Assembly (NCBI GenBank): GCA_964016885.1
Contig: OZ024746.1
Span: 2,294,001 to 2,358,000, forward strand
Direction of reading: 5' to 3'
DNA from: Eledone cirrhosa
Lineage: Eukaryota
Length of the DNA stretch: 64,000 nucleotides
The notes under the pieces were generated by a model. That model had not been told where the DNA came from, ran no database searches, and saw only the letters and a list, made by a program, of their open reading frames with translations. Both the position numbers and the translations under genes were made by a program. The stretch's first letter is position 1. Every line of letters starts with the position of its first letter. Positions 49,120-62,028 of this stretch are shown here, piece after piece.

Positions 49120-52100
49120 GACAGTCCTGGTCACATAAAATACCTCTAGTCTACTCTGTGAGGTGACAGTCCTGGTCACATAAAATACCTCTAGTCTACT
49201 CTGTGAGGTGACAGTCCTGGTCACATAAAATACCTCTAGTCTACTCTGTGAGGTGGCAGTCCTGGTCACATAAAATACCCCCAGTCTACTCTGTGAGGTG
49301 ACAGTCCTGGTCACATAAAATACCCCCAGTCTACTCTGTGAGGTGGCAGTCCTGGTCACATAAAATACCCCTAGTGTACTCTGTGAGGTGACAGTCCTGG
49401 TCACATAAAATACCCCCAGTCTACTCTGTGAGGTGGCAGTCCTGGTCACATAAAATACCCCTAGTGTACTCTGTGAGGTGACAGTCCTGGTCACATAAAA
49501 TACCCCCAGTCTACTCTGTGAGGTGACAGTCCTGGTCACATAAAATACCTCTAGTCTACTCTGTGAGGTGGCAGTCCTGGTCACATAAAATACCTCTAGT
49601 CTACTCTGTGAGGTGGCAGTCCTGGTCACATAAAATACCCCCAGTCTACTCTGTGAGGTGGCAGTCCTGGTCACATAAAATACCCCTAGTGTACTCTGTG
49701 AGGTGACAGTCCTGGTCACATAAAATACCCCCAGTCTACTCTGTGAGGTGGCAGTCCTGGTCACATAAAATACCCCTAGTGTACTCTGTGAGGTGACAGT
49801 CCTGGTCACATAAAATACCCCCAGTCTACTCTGTGAGGTGACAGTCCTGGTCACATAAAATACCCCCAGTCTACTCTGTGAGGTGACAGTCCTGGTCACA
49901 TAAAATACCCCCAGTCTACTCTGTGAGGTGACAGTCCTGGTCACATAAAATACCCCCAGTCTACTCTGTGAGGTGACAGTCCTGGTCACATAAAATACCC
50001 CCAGTCTACTCTGTGAGGTGGCAGTCCTGGTCACATAAAATACCCCTAGTGTACTCTGTGAGGTGACAGTCCTGGTCACATAAAATACCCCCAGTCTACT
50101 CTGTGAGGTGACAGTCCTGGTCACATAAAATACCTCTAGTCTACTCTGTGAGGTGACAGTCCTGGTCACATAAAATACCTCTAGTCTACTCTGTGAGGTG
50201 ACAGTCCTGGTCACATAAAATACCTCTAGTCTACTCTGTGAGGTGACAGTCCTGGTCACATAAAATACCTCTAGTCTACTCTGTGAGGTGACAGTCCTGG
50301 TCACATAAAATACCCCCAGTCTACTCTGTGAGGTGACAGTCCTGGTCACATAAAATACCTCTAGTCTACTCTGTGAGGTGACAGTCCTGGTCACATAAAA
50401 TACCTCTAGTCTACTCTGTGAGGTGACAGTCCTGGTCACATAAAATACCTCTAGTCTACTCTGTGAGGTGACAGTCCTGGTCACATAAAATACCTCTAGT
50501 CTACTCTGTGAGGTGACAGTCCTGGTCACATAAAATACCTCTAGTCTACTCTGTGAGGTGACAGTCCTGGTCACATAAAATACCCCCAGTCTACTCTGTG
50601 AGGTGACAGTCCTGGTCACATAAAATACCTCTAGTCTACTCTGTGAGGTGACAGTCCTGGTCACATAAAATACCTCTAGTCTACTCTGTGAGGTGACAGT
50701 CCTGGTCACATAAAATACCTCTAGTCTACTCTGTGAGGTGACAGTCCTGGTCACATAAAATACCCCCAGTCTACTCTGTGAGGTGACAGTCCTGGTCACA
50801 TAAAATACCTCTAGTCTACTCTGTGAGGTGACAGTCCTGGTCACATAAAATACCTCTAGTCTACTCTGTGAGGTGACAGTCCTGGTCACATAAAATACCT
50901 CTAGTCTACTCTGTGAGGTGACAGTCCTGGTCACATAAAATACCCCCAGTCTACTCTGTGAGGTGACAGTCCTGGTCACATAAAATACCCCCAGTCTACT
51001 CTGTGAGGTGACAGTCCTGGTCACATAAAATACCCCCAGTCTACTCTGTGAGGTGACAGTCCTGGTCACATAAAATACCCCCAGTCTACTCTGTGAGGTG
51101 GCAGTCCTGGTCACATAAAATACCCCTAGTGTACTCTGTGAGGTGACAGTCCTGGTCACATAAAATACCCCCAGTCTACTCTGTGAGGTGACAGTCCTGG
51201 TCACATAAAATACCTCTAGTCTACTCTGTGAGGTGACAGTCCTGGTCACATAAAATACCTCTAGTCTACTCTGTGAGGTGACAGTCCTGGTCACATAAAA
51301 TACCTCTAGTCTACTCTGTGAGGTGACAGTCCTGGTCACATAAAATACCTCTAGTCTACTCTGTGAGGTGACAGTCCTGGTCACATAAAATACCTCTAGT
51401 CTACTCTGTGAGGTGGCAGTCCTGGTCACATAAAATACCTCTAGTCTACTCTGTGAGGTGACAGTCCTGGTCACATAAAATACCTCTAGTCTACTCTGTG
51501 AGGTGACAGTCCTGGTCACATAAAATACCTCTAGTCTACTCTGTGAGGTGACAGTCCTGGTCACATAAAATACCCCCAGTGTACTCTGTGAGGTGACAGT
51601 CCTGGTCACATAAAATACCTCTAGTCTACTCTGTGAGGTGACAGTCCTGGTCACATAAAATACCCCCAGTGTACTCTGTGAGGTGACAGTCCTGGTCACA
51701 TAAAATACCTCTAGTCTACTCTGTGAGGTGACAGTCCTGGTCACATAAAATACCTCTAGTCTACTCTGTGAGGTGACAGTCCTGGTCACATAAAATACCT
51801 CTAGTCTACTCTGTGAGGTGACAGTCCTGGTCACATAAAATACCTCTAGTCTACTCTGTGAGGTGACAGTCCTGGTCACATAAAATACCTCTAGTCTACT
51901 CTGTGAGGTGACAGTCCTGGTCACATAAAATACCTCTAGTCTACTCTGTGAGGTGACAGTCCTGGTCACATAAAATACCCCCAGTGTACTCTGTGAGGTG
52001 ACAGTCCTGGTCACATAAAATACCTCTAGTCTAGTCTGTGAGGTGACAGTCCTGGTCACATAAAATACCTCTAGTCTACTCTGTGAGGTGACAGTCCTGG

Positions 52101-55100
52101 TCACATAAAATACCTCTAGTCTACTCCGTGAGGTGACAGTCCTGGTCACATAAAATACCTCTAGTCTACTCTGTGAGGTGACAGTCCTGGTCACATAAAA
52201 TACCTCTAGTCTACTCTGTGAGGTGACAGTCCTGGTCACATAAAATACCTCTAGTCTACTCTGTGAGGTGACAGTCCTAGTCACATAAAATACCCCCAGT
52301 CTACTCTGTGAGGTGACAGTCCTGGTCACATAAAATACCTCTAGTCTACTCTGTGAGGTGACAGTCCTGGTCACATAAAATACCCCCAGTCTACTCTGTG
52401 AGGTGACAGTCCTGGTCACATAAAATACCTCTAGTCTACTCTGTGAGGTGACAGTCCTGGTCACATATAATAACTCTAGTGTACTCTGTGAGGTGGCAGT
52501 CCTGGTCACATAAAATACCTCTAGTCTACTCTGTGAGGTGACAGTCCTGGTCACATAAAATACCTCTAGTCTACTCTGTGAGGTGACAGTCCTGGTCACA
52601 TAAAATACCTCTAGTCTACTCTGTGAGGTGACAGTCCTGGTCACATAAAATACCCCCAGTCTACTCTGTGAGGTGGCAGTCCTGGTCACATAAAATACCC
52701 CTAGTGTACTCTGTGAGGTGACAGTCCTGGTCACATAAAATACCCCCAGTCTACTCTGTGAGGTGACAGTCCTGGTCACATAAAATACCTCTAGTCTACT
52801 CTGTGAGGTGACAGTCCTGGTCACATAAAATACCTCTAGTCTACTCTGTGAGGTGACAGTCCTGGTCACATAAAATACCTCTAGTCTACTCTGTGAGGTG
52901 ACAGTCCTGGTCACATAAAATACCTCTAGTCTACTCTGTGAGGTGACAGTCCTGGTCACATAAAATACCTCTAGTCTACTCTGTGAGGTGGCAGTCCTGG
53001 TCACATAAAATACCTCTAGTCTACTCTGTGAGGTGACAGTCCTGGTCACATAAAATACCTCTAGTCTACTCTGTGAGGTGACAGTCCTGGTCACATAAAA
53101 TACCTCTAGTCTACTCTGTGAGGTGACAGTCCTGGTCACATAAAATACCCCCAGTGTACTCTGTGAGGTGACAGTCCTGGTCACATAAAATACCTCTAGT
53201 CTACTCTGTGAGGTGACAGTCCTGGTCACATAAAATACCCCCAGTGTACTCTGTGAGGTGACAGTCCTGGTCACATAAAATACCTCTAGTCTACTCTGTG
53301 AGGTGACAGTCCTGGTCACATAAAATACCTCTAGTCTACTCTGTGAGGTGACAGTCCTGGTCACATAAAATACCTCTAGTCTACTCTGTGAGGTGACAGT
53401 CCTGGTCACATAAAATACCTCTAGTCTACTCTGTGAGGTGACAGTCCTGGTCACATAAAATACCTCTAGTCTACTCTGTGAGGTGACAGTCCTGGTCACA
53501 TAAAATACCTCTAGTCTACTCTGTGAGGTGACAGTCCTGGTCACATAAAATACCCCCAGTGTACTCTGTGAGGTGACAGTCCTGGTCACATAAAATACCT
53601 CTAGTCTAGTCTGTGAGGTGACAGTCCTGGTCACATAAAATACCTCTAGTCTACTCTGTGAGGTGACAGTCCTGGTCACATAAAATACCTCTAGTCTACT
53701 CCGTGAGGTGACAGTCCTGGTCACATAAAATACCTCTAGTCTACTCTGTGAGGTGACAGTCCTGGTCACATAAAATACCTCTAGTCTACTCTGTGAGGTG
53801 ACAGTCCTGGTCACATAAAATACCTCTAGTCTACTCTGTGAGGTGACAGTCCTAGTCACATAAAATACCCCCAGTCTACTCTGTGAGGTGACAGTCCTGG
53901 TCACATAAAATACCTCTAGTCTACTCTGTGAGGTGACAGTCCTGGTCACATAAAATACCCCCAGTCTACTCTGTGAGGTGACAGTCCTGGTCACATAAAA
54001 TACCTCTAGTCTACTCTGTGAGGTGACAGTCCTGGTCACATATAATAACTCTAGTGTACTCTGTGAGGTGGCAGTCCTGGTCACATAAAATACCTCTAGT
54101 CTACTCTGTGAGGTGACAGTCCTGGTCACATAAAATACCTCTAGTCTACTCTGTGAGGTGACAGTCCTGGTCACATAAAATACCTCTAGTCTACTCTGTG
54201 AGGTGACAGTCCTGGTCACATAAAATACCTCTAGTCTACTCTGTGAGGTGACAGTCCTGGTCACATAAAATACCTCTAGTCTACTCTGTGAGGTGACAGT
54301 CCTGGTCACATAAAATACCTCTAGTCTACTCTGTGAGGTGACAGTCCTAGTCACATAAAATACCCCCAGTCTACTCTGTGAGGTGACAGTCCTGGTCACA
54401 TAAAATACCTCTAGTCTACTCTGTGAGGTGACAGTCCTGGTCACATAAAATACCCCCAGTCTACTCTGTGAGGTGACAGTCCTGGTCACATAAAATACCT
54501 CTAGTCTACTCTGTGAGGTGACAGTCCTGGTCACATATAATACCTCTAGTGTACTCTGTGAGGTGGCAGTCCTGGTCACATAAAATACCTCTAGTCTACT
54601 CTGTGAGGTGACAGTCCTGGTCACATAAAATACCCCCAGTCTACTCTGTGAGGTGGCAGTCCTGGTCACATAAAATACCCCCAGTCTACTCTGTGAGGTG
54701 GCAGTCCTGGTCACATAAAATACCCCTAGTGTACTCTGTGAGGTGGCAGTCCTGGTCACATAAAATACCCCCAGTCTACTCTGTGAGGTGGCAGTCCTGG
54801 TCACATAAAATACCCCCAGTCTACTCTGTGAGGTGGCAGTCCTGGTCACATAAAATACCCCCAGTCTACTCTGTGAGGTGGCAGTCCTGGTCACATAAAA
54901 TACCTCTAGTCTACTCTGTGAGGTGACAGTCCTGGTCACATATAATACCTCTAGTCTACTCTGTGAGGTGACAGTCCTGGTCACATAAAATACCTCTAGT
55001 CTACTCTGTGAGGTGACAGTCCTGGTCACATAAAATACCCCCAGTCTACTCTGTGAGGTGGCAGTCCTTGTCACATAAAATACCTCTAGTCTACTCTGTG

Positions 55101-56321
55101 AGGTGACAGTCCTGGTCACATAAAATACCTCTAGTCTACTCTGTGAGGTGACAGTCCTGGTCACATAAAATACCTCTAGTCTACTCTGTGAGGTGACAGT
55201 CCTGGTCACATAAAATACCTCTAGTCTACTCTGTGAGGTGGCAGTCCTGGTCACATAAAATACCCCCAGTCTACTCTGTGAGGTGGCAGTCCTGGTCACA
55301 TAAAATACCCCCAGTCTACTCTGTGAGGTGGCAGTCCTGGTCACATAAAATACCTCTAGTCTACTCTGTGAGGTGACAGTCCTGGTCACATAAAATACCC
55401 CCAGTCTACTCTGTGAGGTGACAGTCCTGGTCACATAAAATAGCTCTAGTCTACTCTGTGAGGTGACAGTCCTGGTCACATAAAATACCTCTAGTCTACT
55501 CTGTGAGGTGACAGTCCTGGTCACATAAAATACCTCTAGTCTACTCTGTGAGGTGACAGTCCTGGTCACATAAAATACCCCCAGTCTACTCTGTGAGGTG
55601 ACAGTCCTGGTCACATAAAATACCCCCAGTCTACTCTGTGAGGTGGCAGTCCTGGTCACATAAAATACCCCCAGTCTACTCTGTGATGTGGCAGTCCTGG
55701 TCACATAAAATACCCCTAGTCTACTCTGTGAGGTGACAGTCCTGGTCACATAAAATACCCCCAGTCTACTCTGTGAGGTGGCAGTCCTGGTCATATAAAA
55801 TACCCCCAGTCTACTCTGTGAGGTGGCAGTCCTGGTCACATAAAATACCCCCAGTCTACTCTGTGAGGTGACAGTCCTGGTCACATAAAATACCCCCAGT
55901 CTACTCTGTGAGGTGACAGTCCTGGTCACATAAAATACCCCCAGTCTACTCTGTGAGGTGGCAGTCCTGTTCACATAAAATACCTCCAGTCTACTCTGTT
56001 AGGTGACAGTCCTGGTCACATAAAATACCCCCAGTCTACTCTGTGAGGTGACAGTCCTGGTCACATAAAATACCTCTAGTCTACTCTGTGAGGTGACAGT
56101 CCTGGTCACATAAAATACCTCTAGTCTACTCTGTGAGGTGACAGTCCTGGTCACATAAAATACCCCCAGTCTACTCTGTGAGGTGACAGTCCTGGTCACA
56201 TAAAATACCCCCAGTCTACTCTGTGAGCTGGCAGTCCTGGTCACATAAAATACCCCCAGTCTACTCTGTGAGGTGACAGTCCTGGTCACATAAAATACCT
56301 CTAGTCTACTCTGTGAGGTGG
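49120..56321. repeat. 45-bp minisatellite array (~160 units), GACAGTCCTGGTCACATAAAATACC[TCT/CCC]AGTCTACTCTGTGAGGT
   Basis: Continuous 45-bp periodicity with no indels seen. Internal block duplications of 1575 and 495 bp. A diverged terminal unit extends to ~56356. Confidence 0.99.
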
Positions 56322-56574
56322 TAGTGCTGGTGCCATAAAAAATGCTCCCAGTATACATTAGAATATTACAAAATCTGTCATCTCTGAACAATATTTATGC
56401 CTCCATCTCAAAACCCAACTGCTAAGTGGAAATACTCAACAAATTCGACTGATTTTCAACCCCCTTAATTTGATTTATATACTTCTGTAATATCTTTTCT
56501 TTCTCTTTCCACACTTACAGAATACACTACTCTATACCTTAATAAATATTACCATCTCTATGTTACATTCCACA

Positions 56575-56710
56575 TAATTATTTCTACTTTTGGTACAAGG
56601 CCAACAATTATCCCAGTGTATTACTGGTACTTTATATTATCGACCCCTTAAGGATGAAAGGCAAAGTTAACCTTGTCAGACCCTCTATCGATACTACCAA
56701 TCCACCGCCA
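56575..56710 (-). mobile_element. SINE family A, internally deleted copy
   Basis: Matches 26800-26990 with a deletion after gttaacct. Confidence 0.8.
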
Positions 56711-57354
56711 CATTCCACCACAATACAATACTTTTTCTATAACATATGAACACTAACACGGGAATGATCTCAAATCTCAAATTCATATCTTGGAGTTATT
56801 TCTCTTCGTTATAATATGTAACATACATTTTTAGCAATCTTTACTTTTAATGGCATCTTATAAAGCTATATAAGCGCCTGAACAAAGGTCACAAATTTGA
56901 TGCCCCAATTATTCTGGAGGTTTGATCAAATTTGGGTCTTGAAACCTTAGGTAGCGCTTTGTTCCATATATGAACATAAATAAATAATATAATATTTCTG
57001 GTCTTTTGCCGACTGAGCGCTCTTTTCCTCCTTTTCACACCTATGGATATTGCTACACACACACATATATATATATATGTGTGTGTGTATGTGTATATGT
57101 ATGTGTGTTTGTACATAGAACATGAATATGTTAGAAAACTATCCAGTTCCATTGTGAATAATTGGAATATATGATTTATTATGGAGGGTCTACTGCAATA
57201 TGGCGCCTGTCAAATATATCAAACAATTCTCTTCTGTAATTATTCTTGTATTGCGCTGCTTTGTAGATGGGTGGCAACAACACTGACCTTGCAGAACAAT
57301 ACAATCTATACCAGCTAACATGTGGGAGATGGTCAGGAAATGTAATGGCTTTTA

Positions 57355-57877
57355 TGATGATGATGGTTACAGTAATGGTGGTGGTAGTGATGATGGTGGT
57401 AGTGATGGTGATGGTTGTAGTAATGATGGTGATGATAGTGATGATGATGATGATGATGGTTGTAGTAATAATGGGGATGATGATGATGATGATGATGGTG
57501 GTTGTAGTAATAATGGTGATGATAGTGATGATGATGATGATGATGATGATGGTTGTAGTAATAATGGTGATGATAGTGATGATGGTTGTAGTAATGATGA
57601 TAGTGATGATGGTTACAGTAATGATGGTGATGATGGTGGTGGTAGTGATGATGGTTGTAGTAATGATGGTGATGATAGTGATGATGGTTGTAGTAATAAT
57701 GGTGATGATAGTGATGATGATGATGATGGTTGTAGTAATAATGGTGATGATAGTGATGATGATGATGATGGTTGTAGTAATGATGGTGATGATGATGATG
57801 ATGGTGGTGATGGTTGCAGTAATAATAATAATGATGATGGTTGCAGTAATGATTATGATGATGATGATGATGATGAT
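57355..57877. repeat. (GAT/GGT/AAT)n compound microsatellite with recurring GATGGTTGTAGTAAT motif
   Basis: Direct reading. Confidence 0.95.
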
Positions 57878-58019
57878 ATTACTAATTTTGTTTTTCTTAA
57901 GGGGCAACAGGAAAATGATTTTTAAACTTTTTGTTTTGTAGAATATCTAACTATAGAGAATTTGTTAGATCTTGGCTTCCCCCTCCTCCCACTGGGGTGG
58001 GGCATCGCAGGGGTAGAGT

Positions 58020-59010
58020 CCTCAAGCATGCCTTGATCTTGTCAGAAGCAATAATACCATGTTGTCTGCAAATTCCAGCCAACTAATCCTACATTCACCT
58101 GTCATGACATCACCTGTACATGTCAAGGTGACCGGGTTTAGGAGGTCAGTAAAGTATTCACACCACCTTGTGAGGATGTACCTCTTTGAAGAGAGGAGAA
58201 TCCCAGATGTATTCCCGATAGCAGGTGTGGTGGAGGACTTCTTATGAAGTTGGCAGATGGTCCGCCAGAACATTTTATTTGCTGATCTGAAGTCAAATTC
58301 CAACTATCCCCAAAGTCCTCCCATGTCTTAACTTTCAGTGCTGTTACTGTCTCTGCTGTCACTTTTCATGCCTGCTCATATCACAAGTGCAAGGAGGAGG
58401 ACATATTTCTAAGCCAAGCTTTGTAAGCCTCCTTCTTTACTCGGATGGCATATTTGACCTCTTGATTGAACCAACGAGTCTTCCTGCCATTTGGCACTAC
58501 ACCAAGCTGCTTTCACCCACAGCATTTAACAGCTGGAGCAGAAACTGATGATTTAAACAGTCTCTACTCCATATCAACACCCTCAGTTTTCTCAGGAAGT
58601 TCTCTGAATTTGGATGCAATAGTGTCTGTATACCTGGTCTTTACTTCCTTATCCACTAAAGCCACCCACTTTATTCTGTAGGTTGACCTGGACCTGTCAG
58701 TTTTGTGGGTTTCTTGGCTTTAGGTAGTCTCAAGATGCAGATAACAAGATGGTGATCTGTTGATATCTCAGCCTTTCTCTTAACATGAACATCCAGCACA
58801 GGTTGAAGAGATTAGAGACAATAACAAAATCGAAGACTAGGCTTTTTCCGAGGCGGCCTTTACTCACCTCCTTAAAGCTACATCACTGGGTTGTGAAAGT
58901 TTTCTTGGGAGCTAAAGGGGTCACCCATTGCTCCATCTCCCCTAATAGTTTACCACTGTTGGTCTGGGGTTGCTTATTTGTCCAGTAGGTGCCTGCTTAT
59001 ATCACAACTA
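58020..59010 (-). mobile_element. Decayed RTE-clade LINE fragment (end of APE and linker, internally deleted)
   Basis: SLRFCYCL/DFVI region, EISTDHHLV, WFNQEVKYAIRVKKEAYKAWL, KTWEDFG, ANKMFWRTI, RWCEYFTDLLNP and LEFADNMVLL. Confidence 0.8.
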
Positions 59011-59087
59011 ACCATCATATCTAGTGGCTGTATCTCTATCTGACATCTGCAGCCAAAAAATAAAACAGAAAAAAAAAAATCCCTTAC

Positions 59088-59207
59088 CAATACAGACTTT
59101 ATTATTCCTGATTTGATATCCAGCATTACAGCTACAAATGTAACTACCATCGATATTGCTACAGCTATGTTGGCATCCACCATTGTCTGTTGAACATTCG
59201 TTGATGT
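59088..59207 (-). CDS. Calcium-binding EGF exon 2
   Basis: tttcaatttcag|..G|gtaagg, 120 nt, phase 1/1. DINECSTDNGGCQHSCSNIDGSYICSCNAGYQIRNNKVCI. Confidence 0.95.
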
Positions 59208-59260
59208 CTGAAATTGAAACGCAACAGTATATAAAGGGAAATAATTATATTTTTGCAATA

Positions 59261-59425
59261 TCATCATCATCATCATCGTTTAACGTCCATCTTCCACGCT
59301 AGCATGGGTTAGACGAGAGTTGTCTAACTTGAAGCAAGTTCGGTCGGGTGAACGTGTCTCGCTCATATAGCACTATCTGGCAGGTTTTCTATGGTTGGAT
59401 GCCCTTCCTAACACTAACCACAGTG
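59261..59425 (-). mobile_element. RTE-tailed SINE 3' part
   Basis: (CAT)n cgtttaacgtccatcttccacgctagcatgggtt ... ggatgcccttcctaacactaaccac. Confidence 0.8.
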
Positions 59426-59832
59426 TGGAATATATACATAGAAATTATTATTATTATTATTGCTACACCAAAGGGCGGTGGATTGGCAGTATCAGTAGAG
59501 CATCAGACACCATGCTTTGCTGCATAGAGTTACGTCCCTTTTTCCTCCCATCAGTTTTAGAGGCCCTACAAAATAAAGGGTCATGGGTGCTACCTTTCCC
59601 TCTCTAACTAAGCAGTAAAAACACAACCCTAAAGCATGAGTTGATAGACCAGAAAATGCTAGTTTTATTTACATCTTTAACTTTGACACTAAAATATATT
59701 ATTTACTAAATTTATATTTTTCATTCCCTAACATTTAAGAAATTAATTTTTCTTCAATAATAATCTAAATAGCAATATTCCTTAATCATGGATACTTTTA
59801 AGAATTATAAATTCTATGATAATTAAACTTAC

Positions 59833-59955
59833 CAACACACTGTTTCCCATTCTCCATCAGTCGGTAGCCTGTCCTACATTGACATTGATAACTTCCAATA
59901 GAGTTCTCACAGAGTTGTTGACAGCCACCATTTTCTCTTGAACATTCATCAATGT
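59833..59955 (-). CDS. Calcium-binding EGF exon 1 (first recognised in the window; gene 5' end not found)
   Basis: ctttgctttatcag|..G|gtaagt, 123 nt, phase 1/1. [41 protein letters not shown]. Confidence 0.95.
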
Positions 59956-61149
59956 CTGATAAAGCAAAGATAAAAGAACAAAAGACAGAGTTCAGAAAAA
60001 GTCAAACGGGATCTTTTTTTATTGTCTGAAGAAGAGAAATGTTCCAGTTGACTTTATAGGTCCTCCAAGACTGGTAGGCAGAAAGGAAGTTCCAGAGGGC
60101 TGACATTTTATGAAGTAGGGATTGAGATTAGTGGTTAATGGTGGGACTAGGGGCCTTCGAGGTGGGGGGTATAATATCGGTGATGAGCAGAAGAGAGCCT
60201 AATGGGTGACTTCCTAAAGAATAAAGAAGAATGAAAGGAAACTGACATAAAATCTTATATAACTTTTTAAAAGCTTTTCTGATCATTAGAATCCTTAGAA
60301 TCAGTAATTAGTCTTTAGTTTCTGTAGAATTATGTGGATGAGAGATAAATTGTATCGAGGTCTATTACAGGTAGGAATTGAACTCAGTACTGTCAGCTAA
60401 TGGGATAGCTGTCAATTTTACAGTGTTTCTGTTGTTGAGTCACTAAGTCAACTCTGATGAAGTAGGTTTATGATTACCCCTTTAGTATTTAAACCGGACA
60501 TATCCAGCCAGAATTCTCTCACCTCTTTCTGTTCAAACTGGTTGTAACTAGCCACTCGTACTGATGTTAAGGTATTGTTCTCAAAATAGATATCGAAATC
60601 TTATAGATTTGATTATATGTGAGATAATTATGTGAGGTAAAGCCCTTACCATGAAAATATAATAGTAAGAGTAAAGTAAATGGTAAAGGGTTAAAGGTAA
60701 TCAAGTCATGACCAGCCAAATCTCCTCCAGATTACATCCCACAGTTAACAAATAGAAGGATGATACATCAGCTATCATAGTTATATGTATATAAATGACA
60801 GCAGCAGATAAATTATAGTCCCTTTGTGTTTATATTGTAGCTTTAGCCTCTGGCCTGCATATATGTCATATTTTGTTTTTAAAGAATATAGATGTGTTTA
60901 AATAAAACATCTAGCTGAAATAATCCCAATCCTTGCCTGTACCATCTAACAAAGTCACAGATCTATAGATACAGCAATGTGTTTCTATGATCTTGCCCAG
61001 AACAAACACACCAGCCTGTACCTTTAAGTCATCACTCATGATTGTCACTATACACAGCATCTAACTGGAATTAGTATTAGCCAGCCACTAGAGAACTATA
61101 CATATACACGTTTCTTGGAAGGTGTATATGTATAAATTCAAGTGATTCC

Positions 61150-62025
61150 ATTTATGTGCTTTACTGACTGCTATCCTTAGCTCTCACAGCTCCATTTCTT
61201 ACCATTCCTCATGGCTAATATCTCTCATGCTGTCTTTTTTTTCTCTATTAACCCATTCAGCTTCTTTATTGTATTGTTTTTCATTGCTCCATATATTTTT
61301 CTAGAACTGTCGAACCTTGTTCATGTTAGGTGGTTCCTTAATCTCCACTGGATGGTTCCCTATTTTCTGGTAAAATTTCTTTGCATCAGTTTGAAAGATT
61401 TTATTTTGTTTGTAGAACTTGCCTCTTTTATTGTATCGTCTAACTTTGTGTTTTAGACCTGGATATGTTCTTTCAGAGTCTCTTTGGTGCTCAATAGATT
61501 TTCCTTATCTGTGATCTTATACTTTCTTTTAACTTTTCTTGCTTTTCTAGTCTTTACATTCACACTCCTGGTTAGCTCTTCGACTATTGATGATTCACCT
61601 CTCAACTTATTTATTTCTGTTGGTATTTTTTGCTTTCCATTTAGGTTGCTTACGAACATGTCTGGTTTTCGTTTTCTTAATTTTAAGACCAATGTTGCAG
61701 CTTATAGCTTTAGCTGTAGAGTATACAAAGTTTTTTAAGAAAGGTCAAATTGTTTTCACATTCTGCTAAAATCTTCTTCATTACATTGTAAATTTTAATC
61801 TTATGAGTATTCATTTTGTTCTTCTGAAACTTTGGTAGTTTGTCTTTCATTTCGGTGCATAAGGTTTTACTTAATTCTCTGACAAAGCTGGTTCCTTAAG
61901 TTATTCTTCATTAATATTTCTATTCTGTCTGTTTTTGTCAATCTTCTCATTGACTTCTTCCGACATATCAATTGTTACTGGTGTCCTGGTGTTTTTAGGT
62001 TGTGTTGGTATTTCTGGTTCTCTCT
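61150..62025 (-). mobile_element. Decayed R4/Dong-clade element, pre-RT region
   Basis: KARKVKRKYKI..KETLKEHIQV, then RRYNKRGKFYKQNKIFQTDAKKFYQKIG..EPP..F*KNIWS. Confidence 0.7.
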
Positions 62026-62028
62026 TTG

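Noticed and set aside
49105-56391. 2289-aa ORF of 15-aa repeats on the same strand as the EGF gene
   Set aside because: It is a 45-bp unit with one stop-free frame and very few variants, most of them nonsynonymous. One unit does carry a stop (55999-56001). It has no true ATG start and lies in an intron between phase-compatible EGF exons. RNA-seq or proteomics could overturn this.
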